IMG/VR virus record: IMGVR_UViG_3300029305_011823
Length of the DNA stretch: 64,000 nt
Origin: a virus
Lineage: Duplodnaviria > Caudoviricetes
Strand: one strand, 5' to 3'
The notes below the pieces were generated by a model. It made no database searches. It saw nothing but the letters and a program-made list of their open reading frames with translations, and was not told the DNA's origin. Below, piece after piece: positions 52,525 through 59,960 of the stretch. The translations under genes were made by a program, and so were the position numbers. How positions within the stretch are numbered: the stretch's first letter is position 1; every line of letters starts with the position of its first letter.

Positions 52525-53394
52525 TTAAGAAGTGTAAATTCTATACACTATAGTTATGTCTTTTGAAAGAACTAACATTTCATTTGGTATATTTAATTTA
52601 GAGAATAATTTTACTTGTTTATATTCAGGTTCACCTTTTTCATTAGTTGAAAGGATTCCTGTGAATAAACCTATAGAGTTTACTCTAGCAGCTTCTATAT
52701 CTCCGTTTATTTCAAAGAATTCTCTACAATCTTTTTTATTAACTTTTAAAATCATTTCTACAAATGTTTCTATAGGTTCAGTTCTAGATGTATTGTGAAC
52801 ACCTGTTGCTACTTCTGATCCATCTTCCCCTTCTTCTCCATCTTTCCAAAGAACTCTTATTTCAGGTTTGTGTTCAAATGATTTTAAGAAATAAGATATT
52901 TTTCCATCTTCTTCATATCTCTTAAACCAATATTTTTCTTTTTCTGAACCTGTCATTTCTTCGTCAGTTATTCTGAAAGGAATCATTTGGAATATTTCTC
53001 TTTCATAATATTTAACATCTACCACTGATCTAGAAGCTTCTCCGCATCCACCAACACCTACACCAAATAAACAAACTCCAGTTTCTTTTGGGTATAATTC
53101 TTCTATAGGACTGTTAGTAGCTATACCCATTATATCATTTAAATATTCTACATTTATAGGTGCTTCTACATTGAAAACTTTTTCTAATATGAATAAAGCT
53201 CCACCTAAAACTATTTGGTTTTCTTCTTCAAATAATTTTTCTCCAGTTAATGTGTCTAATCCAACTATTTTAGTTTTTAAAACTTTTCCTTGTGAACTTT
53301 CCATTACTAATGGTTCAACTTTTTTAGCTGGAGCACTTGCCATTTTATCAGACGAATTTAAGTTATCGTTTAATTTTAAAACATCTTTACTCAT
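52525..53394 (-). CDS. Putative baseplate/tail-fibre attachment protein (289 aa)
   Basis: NQIVLGG, LFGVGVGG, VNSIGLF and LFSKLN..IVYRI resemble the pattern of tail-collar/fibre N-terminal domains. It follows a baseplate-like gene. Confidence 0.5.
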   Translation of the reverse strand: MSKDVLKLNDNLNSSDKMASAPAKKVEPLVMESSQGKVLKTKIVGLDTLTGEKLFEEENQIVLGGALFILEKVFNVEAPINVEYLNDIMGIATNSPIEELYPKETGVCLFGVGVGGCGEASRSVVDVKYYEREIFQMIPFRITDEEMTGSEKEKYWFKRYEEDGKISYFLKSFEHKPEIRVLWKDGEEGEDGSEVATGVHNTSRTEPIETFVEMILKVNKKDCREFFEINGDIEAARVNSIGLFTGILSTNEKGEPEYKQVKLFSKLNIPNEMLVLSKDITIVYRIYTS

Positions 53395-53441
53395 TCACAT
53401 TTACCTTCCTTTCCTTCGCATCAATAATAAAAATCAGTTCT

Positions 53442-53453
53442 TATATTAATGTT
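53442..53453 (-). promoter_or_regulatory. AACA-N6-TA late-type promoter
   Basis: Reverse complement AACA TTAATA TA. Confidence 0.7.
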
Positions 53454-53463
53454 TCCGTTTTAA

Positions 53464-56400
53464 TTAATCTTCATAGGTAACTTTAACAGAATCATTGATG
53501 TAAATATCAGCATTAGACAGCTTCATATTACCTTTTAACATATTAATATCATCATTATATAATAATTCTATTGTATCATCTTTACCTAATTCAGCACACG
53601 TGTTATATTTATCCTTATCTATTAATTTATCTATACCCTGTTGTGATATAAACGTTAAATCTGTTTCGATTAAATTTAGCTTTAGTTCTTCACGAATTAT
53701 ATTTGAAAGATCCTTAATTACATCTTTGTAATCTAGTAATAGTGAATCGATAGCTTCTTTACCTATTCCTATTGAATAAGCATCTCTAGATTCCCATTTT
53801 TCATAATTATCAATGTTTATTAAAGTCTCATGTTGTAATTTTAATTTAAGTTGACTTATTTTAGTAAATATAACATGCGAATTCCCTATTAAATCTTTAT
53901 ATTCTAATTCTAAACTATCTAATATAGCTAATAAGTTTTTCAATATAAGAGTATGTTTACTAACAAATTTATCTTTATCAGCAATCAGTCTAGTGCTTAA
54001 AGCATTATTTTCTCGTAGATCTATTATGTCATCTATAGATTGATTGTTTATCATTTCCATCATATCTTTATATGATAATACTAACTCATCTTCTACTCCT
54101 AATTGCATCAACAATTGTTCTATTTCATCATACATACCTGCAGAATCAGAAGGTCTTAGTTTTGTTCCCAATCTAGAAGGATCGTAAATTACTAAGTTAT
54201 CTTGCTTATCAAACATAACTGTTGGTCTAAGACTGTCTGCATAGAGTGGATATGACTCTGTAGGATATAATTTTACAAATAATCTTGGGTCATCTATCAT
54301 ATAAATTTTATTAAGCATTCTATTATCGAACATGTATAATATATTTAAAGTTCTTAAGTCTACAGTATACGATTTAAAGAAATTTATTAATCCTAATATC
54401 GCTTGTACTATATTATTATTTGTTCCGTTTATAGTATTTAAATATTCTATTTCCGGTATCAATTCATTTAATTTACCTAAAACGTGTTCTATAAATACTC
54501 CAGTTTTATCCTTATGCATATTATCTATAAAATCTGCTATAACAGGAAGTTTATCATATAAGTACTCTAAGTAAGTATTAGCAACATTCCCATCAGACAT
54601 TGTGAATAATTTAGTAGCATCTTTACGTACAGTAATTACTTTATAAAGTTCTTTATATGCTTTATATTCATTTATATCTGTTGTGGTAGCCACCACATCC
54701 GCACAGAATTCTGCGAAGTTTTTAAAATTATTGAATAAAGTATCTATGTCTTTTACTGAACGTATATCTAATAAATCTAAGTATTTTAATATCTCTTGAT
54801 TTTTAAAAACTCTTTTATATTTACGAATATTTTCTCTTATAAGTTCAAAGTTTGCTTCAAAGTTGAATCCTAATACAGATAATATCTTAGAAGGAGATTC
54901 AACTATTATATTTCCTTTCATACCATTTTTCTTAGCTACCAATGCACAAAGAATCATTACAGAGTCGAATATTGAAACAGGTACAGTTGTAAATCTATCT
55001 AAATCTAAATATAAATAATCAGTACCATATTTCATTGCATCTGAATTAAACACCCTTTCAAGCATTGGAACTGTAGTGTTTTTATGATCAACTAACATAT
55101 TTAAATAATAAACTGTTTCATAAAGCATTTTAGTTAAATTTTGCATAACTGTAACACTTATGTATTTAGTATCTATATAAGTATAGTCTCTACCGAATAA
55201 TTCTTTTTTAAGTTCTTCAGTTTCCCACCAATAAACATCATCTTTTACAACTTCGTCATATGCATATCTATTATATTTAGTTTCTAATGTAGATATAACA
55301 TTTCTTTCCATAATATCAGTTGCTTGGAAGTATACATCGTACATATGTTCATAATCATAAACTGTAACTCTATTATATTCTATTTCTTCTGTTTCAATTA
55401 CATCTTTGTCTACTGCTAATTTAAACTTCTGAAAGTTTTCATTATACATTATAACACTTTGACATATTTGGTTTTTATCTTCTACAGGTGCTGAAACTAT
55501 CACATCATCTATCATAAATATTTTAAACATTTCTCCCGTTACTTCATCTTTCATATAAATAGCTTCGGGTGCATATGGAACTTGACATTCTACAGTAACT
55601 AAATGATTACCTTGAACTGCAAGTTCATAAGTCTTTTTATTATTACTTTTGATATAATATTTTTCAGGTGGTGTATCCCTTATTTCTTCTTTATATAAAA
55701 ATATAGGCTTACCATTTTCATCAAATTTTCTTTCTCTTACTAAAAAGTATTTATATATTCTAACTCTTTCATAGAATAGAGTATTTGCAATATCATATAA
55801 AACTTTATCTGTAGATTTAGAACGTATTAACATATTAACATTCTTAACTATAGTTCTTTGGTAATCTAATGGTAAGTCTTCAAAGAAAGGTACACCATAA
55901 ACATTAAATAATTTTTTTATTGATATTAAATCATAAAAATCTCTATCAATACCCATCTTAATAGTATCAACTACTAACCTCTGAACAGTCATTATCATTA
56001 TATGCATACCCATATAGTTATCATATAAATCATATCTTTCTTTAAAGGCTTTATTATATATAAGTCCCATGAAATACTCTCTAGCAAAGTCATAAGTTTC
56101 AAAGAAAGCACGCATGAATACAGTGTCTAGTTTAATATCTGTAAATATTATATCAAAGTTTCTAGCCTGTCTAGCTCTTACTAAATTTACAGCTTTACTT
56201 CCCATGTGTTGCAAGTATGTTCTTTCTGGATATAATTTAATAAGATTAGGTATCAAATCTCTTTCTAACTTATGCTGTATTTCTTTAGGATAATCATGTA
56301 TAGGTCTTACCTCATCTATTTCGTAATATTTCATTTCTTCTTCAGTTAGGTATATCCATTCTTCCTCTGGAGTATTTATTGAAGGCATACCTATCAATTC

Positions 56401-56760
56401 TCTATAATAGTCATTCATTTCAACGTATTCTCTAATAACAGTTTCTCTCATAGCTTTAAGAACATCTTTTCTTTTTTCACGAGGTATTTTAGTTCTGTCA
56501 GAACTATATTCAGCAAGATCGTTTAAATTACTAATACCTGCTTTAGCTATTACATCCATAGGATACGCTCTATATGAATCGAATGTGTCTTTCTCTAAAT
56601 ATGCGGCTATATAACGGTCTGCTTCACGTTTTATATCAGCAGTCTCATACATATCTGCTTGATAGCTTAACTTTATAATAACGTTATTAACCATAGATCG
56701 TATATCGTTAAGAATAGACTCAACCTGAGATTTATCATTCATTTCCCACATCTCCTTCAT
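53464..56760 (-). CDS. Large putative baseplate wedge-like virion protein (~1095 aa)
   Basis: YVEMNDYYRELIGMP and LIRSKSTDK motifs reminiscent of jumbo-phage baseplate proteins, with a repetitive C-terminus. The start may be ATG 56742. Confidence 0.5.
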   Translation of the reverse strand: MKEMWEMNDKSQVESILNDIRSMVNNVIIKLSYQADMYETADIKREADRYIAAYLEKDTFDSYRAYPMDVIAKAGISNLNDLAEYSSDRTKIPREKRKDVLKAMRETVIREYVEMNDYYRELIGMPSINTPEEEWIYLTEEEMKYYEIDEVRPIHDYPKEIQHKLERDLIPNLIKLYPERTYLQHMGSKAVNLVRARQARNFDIIFTDIKLDTVFMRAFFETYDFAREYFMGLIYNKAFKERYDLYDNYMGMHIMIMTVQRLVVDTIKMGIDRDFYDLISIKKLFNVYGVPFFEDLPLDYQRTIVKNVNMLIRSKSTDKVLYDIANTLFYERVRIYKYFLVRERKFDENGKPIFLYKEEIRDTPPEKYYIKSNNKKTYELAVQGNHLVTVECQVPYAPEAIYMKDEVTGEMFKIFMIDDVIVSAPVEDKNQICQSVIMYNENFQKFKLAVDKDVIETEEIEYNRVTVYDYEHMYDVYFQATDIMERNVISTLETKYNRYAYDEVVKDDVYWWETEELKKELFGRDYTYIDTKYISVTVMQNLTKMLYETVYYLNMLVDHKNTTVPMLERVFNSDAMKYGTDYLYLDLDRFTTVPVSIFDSVMILCALVAKKNGMKGNIIVESPSKILSVLGFNFEANFELIRENIRKYKRVFKNQEILKYLDLLDIRSVKDIDTLFNNFKNFAEFCADVVATTTDINEYKAYKELYKVITVRKDATKLFTMSDGNVANTYLEYLYDKLPVIADFIDNMHKDKTGVFIEHVLGKLNELIPEIEYLNTINGTNNNIVQAILGLINFFKSYTVDLRTLNILYMFDNRMLNKIYMIDDPRLFVKLYPTESYPLYADSLRPTVMFDKQDNLVIYDPSRLGTKLRPSDSAGMYDEIEQLLMQLGVEDELVLSYKDMMEMINNQSIDDIIDLRENNALSTRLIADKDKFVSKHTLILKNLLAILDSLELEYKDLIGNSHVIFTKISQLKLKLQHETLINIDNYEKWESRDAYSIGIGKEAIDSLLLDYKDVIKDLSNIIREELKLNLIETDLTFISQQGIDKLIDKDKYNTCAELGKDDTIELLYNDDINMLKGNMKLSNADIYINDSVKVTYED

Positions 56761-56774
56761 TTTTCATATTCCAA

Positions 56775-56796
56775 AACAAATCATTAAGTAATTGTA
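56775..56796. promoter_or_regulatory. Bidirectional late-type promoter (AACA-N6-TA on +, TACA-N6-TA on -, sharing the central TA)
   Basis: aaca aatcat ta agtaat tgta between divergent genes. Confidence 0.6.
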
Positions 56797-56827
56797 TTAA
56801 AGCTGGTTTTCGAAAGGAAGTGAAACA

Positions 56828-57502
56828 ATGGCTAGTAAAATACCAGGTATAGATGTTAATAAACCTAATTTAAATCCAACTATAGACTCTGAAGATAGTT
56901 TTTATGAATTACCATTCTATAAGGATGCTGACTATATGTTTAGTATAGAAAACGAAGTTGCTTTCATAAATGCAGTGGAAAGAATGGTTAGAACTTCTAA
57001 ATACTATTCAAGATATATAGCTCATTTAAAAGTGGATTTAGGAATGTGTTTTTGTCAGGTAAAAGGAAATATATCTGAAGATGAAGAAACAGGTGTAAAA
57101 GATTTAATAGAGATGCACCATGGTCCAATATTTACATTATTCGATGTTACATCAATAATATTGAATTATATGTTAATTAAAGGAATGAAAATCACTACTT
57201 TCAGTGTAGCTAACAAAGTTATCGAGGAACACTTTAAACATAGGGTTCAAACAGTAATGCTTTGTGAAACAGTTCATCAGCTTGTACATGATAATAAAAT
57301 ATTCTTAAATTACAAACAAGGATTTGGTGATTTATATAGCTTCCTAGAAATATATTGGGAAGGAATGGATAAGACAATGGTGTATAAGATATTAGACTAT
57401 ATAGAAAAATCCGAAAAATATGACAGTAATGATTTTGATAATCTAAAAGTAATTGTTACAAGATGGAAAACAGAACATCCAGAATTCGAGGATGAACTTT
57501 AG
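56828..57502 (+). CDS. HNH-like (His-Me finger-like) domain protein (224 aa)
   Basis: C..IEMHHGP...LCETVHQLVH pattern. RBS AAAGGAAG. Confidence 0.5.
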   Translation: MASKIPGIDVNKPNLNPTIDSEDSFYELPFYKDADYMFSIENEVAFINAVERMVRTSKYYSRYIAHLKVDLGMCFCQVKGNISEDEETGVKDLIEMHHGPIFTLFDVTSIILNYMLIKGMKITTFSVANKVIEEHFKHRVQTVMLCETVHQLVHDNKIFLNYKQGFGDLYSFLEIYWEGMDKTMVYKILDYIEKSEKYDSNDFDNLKVIVTRWKTEHPEFEDEL

Positions 57503-57511
57503 GAGGTAACC

Positions 57512-57919
57512 ATGATTGTATTTTTATCAGTTTTATTGGGAGTATCTATTATTGGAATCGTATTAGGTGTCTGTTCATATGTTTATTACGATGTTAATAA
57601 TAGAAAACTTAATTTGGAAGAAAATAGAAAAAAAGAAATACGCTCAGAAGAAGAATTAATGGGAATCGTATTTAACGTACTTGAAAGAAAATGGGCTTAT
57701 AGAGTTCAATTCCATTTTAAAATAAAAGAAATAAATGTACCTAAATTTGAGTTTGAATGGAACTATTTATTAGAAGAAACTATAAATGCATTGTCACCGG
57801 ACGTATTGGAAGAATTAAAATATTATTACAAAGATGATGAAACTACAATAAAAGCAGTATCTGAAATGATACAAATATATTTATATAATTATATGCAAAG
57901 TAGAATGATGAAAAGATGA
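57512..57919 (+). CDS. N-terminally membrane-anchored hypothetical protein (135 aa)
   Basis: Hydrophobic residues 1-24. RBS AGGAGG overlaps the previous stop. Confidence 0.7.
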   Translation: MIVFLSVLLGVSIIGIVLGVCSYVYYDVNNRKLNLEENRKKEIRSEEELMGIVFNVLERKWAYRVQFHFKIKEINVPKFEFEWNYLLEETINALSPDVLEELKYYYKDDETTIKAVSEMIQIYLYNYMQSRMMKR

Positions 57920-57947
57920 TAACCTTATAGGTTATCATCTTTATTTT
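57912..57947 (+). terminator. Intrinsic terminator
   Basis: 14-bp stem AAAGATGATAACCT/AGGTTATCATCTTT. Confidence 0.8.
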
Positions 57948-57964
57948 GATATATGTTAACAGTT

Positions 57965-58075
57965 TTTGATACCGACTAGTATAGTATCTTCAAACTGGGG
58001 TTTTTACACCCGTACTATCATATCGGGGATTTTACTCCCATACTTTATATTAGACTAGTGCATATCGGCACCAAA
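57965..58075 (-). ncRNA. Candidate structured RNA/ssDNA element with twin GTAAAA-loop hairpins
   Basis: GGGA-GTAAAA-TCCC and GGGT-GTAAAA-ACCC with a compensatory pair. The closing stem has G-U wobbles on the minus strand only. Confidence 0.45.
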
Positions 58076-58812
58076 TATTTAAAATAATTATAAGAAATGT
58101 CGATCGAATCAAAGCACGAACTGTCTATGTTATCGAGACCGTATATACTCTTTTCAACGATAATGTTAAGCCTGTACGTAGATTGCACATTCATTTCTCT
58201 ATAATATCGCATGTCTAGTAATTTTGATTTATAACGGTATACAAAATTAGTTACGTAATCTATCAATTTGGATTTATTATCAATCTCCATCAATGTAAAA
58301 TAAGTTTTAAAGAATTCAATCATATAATCTCTATGCTGATCATACACAGAGTCACCTATTCCCTTTATATCTAACTGATTGGAGTTATAATAAAACTCCA
58401 ATTTGTTTAGTTCCATATAACTGGTATAAATATTTTTAGGTATAAATTCAATATTACCGAATTTTCTGATATTACATCTTCTTGAAACAAAAATTGCATC
58501 TTTCTTAATAGCCACAATATCCTCCACATTCAATTTGTTCGTAACAATAAACAATTCACGTGCTTTGATAAAGGCTTCATTTTCCTTCTTACTTATTTGT
58601 TCATCATTTTTCTTAAGTAGACCCATGTGAATATTACGGTCCCTTTTATCCATCTGCTCTAGTTTTTCTAATATCTTTGGATCGATATATCCAAATTCTT
58701 TTGCTAGATTTAATCCGGCAGCTCTAATATCATATTCAATTATTTCACCATTTATTATTTGTCCGATATCATGATTAGTGAAATTATGTCTTTCCCAGAT
58801 TTGTTTAGACAA
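58045..58812 (-). CDS. Small family-B DNA polymerase palm-like protein (255 aa)
   Basis: IIEYDIRAAG (motif A-like) and IVAIKKDAIFV (motif C-like), later IKGIG. No exonuclease domain. TTG start after AGGAGGTG. Confidence 0.55.
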   Translation of the reverse strand: MSKQIWERHNFTNHDIGQIINGEIIEYDIRAAGLNLAKEFGYIDPKILEKLEQMDKRDRNIHMGLLKKNDEQISKKENEAFIKARELFIVTNKLNVEDIVAIKKDAIFVSRRCNIRKFGNIEFIPKNIYTSYMELNKLEFYYNSNQLDIKGIGDSVYDQHRDYMIEFFKTYFTLMEIDNKSKLIDYVTNFVYRYKSKLLDMRYYREMNVQSTYRLNIIVEKSIYGLDNIDSSCFDSIDISYNYFKYLVPICTSLI

Positions 58813-58860
58813 TAATATTCACCTCCTGTCTAAAATTTTATTAATTGTTTATATAATAAT

Positions 58861-58886
58861 AAAAAATAAAGGGATAAACACCCTTT
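58861..58886 (-). terminator. Terminator after the 41-aa peptide gene
   Basis: AAAGGG/CCCTTT stem plus T-rich tail on the minus strand. Confidence 0.6.
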
Positions 58887-58893
58887 AAAAACT

Positions 58894-59019
58894 CTATTTT
58901 CTTTGTGTCCATACTGGTAATTTAGAACCAAGATTTATTCCAAATGGTTTATTTCCAGATACGGATACATTAGATACACATATACCTGTTATTAATATCA
59001 TTACCATTAATCTCTTCAT
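58894..59019 (-). CDS. Unlisted 41-aa peptide with signal-peptide-like N-terminus (MKRLMVMILITGICVSNVSVSGNKPFGINLGSKLPVWTQRK)
   Basis: Hand-translated. RBS AAGGAG 9 nt upstream, AACA-N6-TA site at 59043-59054, terminator at 58868-58886. Confidence 0.75.
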   Translation of the reverse strand: MKRLMVMILITGICVSNVSVSGNKPFGINLGSKLPVWTQRK

Positions 59020-59042
59020 ATTATCAACTCCTTCATTATTTT

Positions 59043-59054
59043 TATTATTTTGTT
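59043..59054 (-). promoter_or_regulatory. AACA-N6-TA promoter of the 41-aa peptide gene
   Basis: Reverse complement AACA AAATAA TA. Confidence 0.6.
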
Positions 59055-59055
59055 A

Positions 59056-59889
59056 CTATACATTTAAATTATAAGTTAATGTTTCTGGTTTTATTATACC
59101 TTCTTCCATTAATAATTTTATATCATCTCTATATGAAATTGCACATAATCTTTTTGCTAATAATCTTCTAGCTTCTTCTTCATATAAATATAATTCATTA
59201 TTAAATCTTTCATCTAAATATCCTAACTCTCTTAATTTTCTCATTATATCATCTAATCCAAAATCTCTAAGTTTTGTATAATAAGTTATCATTCTAAATT
59301 TATACGCCTCTACAAATGTTGAGTATAATTGTGATCTATAATCTTTCTTTTTATCATTTTGTATCCATGCTTGTCTCATCTTGAAATATTCATCATTAGG
59401 ATCATAATCTTCAAACATATCCATGTTGTATTCATCCCAAGATACTACGTTCATTCCTTCATCACTTCTGAATCTTGAGATTAAACATTTCACAAATACT
59501 TCATACTGTTCTTCACTTAATGTTGTTGTATTATTACCAGCTTTTTGAGTTGAATCAAAGAATGTTGTTGGAACTACTAATACCATATGAGAATTATCCC
59601 AATAATCATTTACTACTGCCACATGTCTATCTTCTCTAAATACACTTCCTATCATATCATCCCAAGCTATATCTGCTTCTCTACCTTTTATCTTCATCCT
59701 ATTAGCTCTCATCTGACTTGCTAATCCTGTAAATAATAAGCAATCATTTAATAGTTCTAAGTTATAATTTTGAATTGTTTTATATTTATCATCTGACTCA
59801 TATAAGAACTTATATTTAAATTTACTATTATCTAATTTCTCAGCAACCATTTCTAATTGATTTGAAGTTATAGCTATACATATACTCAT
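59056..59889 (-). CDS. Hypothetical protein (~277 aa)
   Basis: ATG 59889 after AGGAGG. The track's extension runs through the early promoter motif. Confidence 0.75.
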   Translation of the reverse strand: MSICIAITSNQLEMVAEKLDNSKFKYKFLYESDDKYKTIQNYNLELLNDCLLFTGLASQMRANRMKIKGREADIAWDDMIGSVFREDRHVAVVNDYWDNSHMVLVVPTTFFDSTQKAGNNTTTLSEEQYEVFVKCLISRFRSDEGMNVVSWDEYNMDMFEDYDPNDEYFKMRQAWIQNDKKKDYRSQLYSTFVEAYKFRMITYYTKLRDFGLDDIMRKLRELGYLDERFNNELYLYEEEARRLLAKRLCAISYRDDIKLLMEEGIIKPETLTYNLNV

Positions 59890-59918
59890 ACAAATACCTC
59901 CTAATATTTTATTCATAT

Positions 59919-59952
59919 TTATAATATATAATTGAATTATGATTAAATTACA
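59919..59952 (-). promoter_or_regulatory. Early-type promoter TGTAA-N11-TTCAATTATATATTATAA
   Basis: Core identical to the 51181 site. Confidence 0.7.
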
Positions 59953-59960
59953 CATGCAGA

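Noticed and set aside
57965-58075. Hammerhead ribozyme or tRNA identity for the structured element
   Set aside because: No CUGANGA/GAAA core and no cloverleaf or T-loop consensus on either strand.
58838-58849. AACA-N6-TA promoter for the mini-PolB gene
   Set aside because: Spacing is N5 (or N6 followed by AA), so it was not counted among the exact sites.
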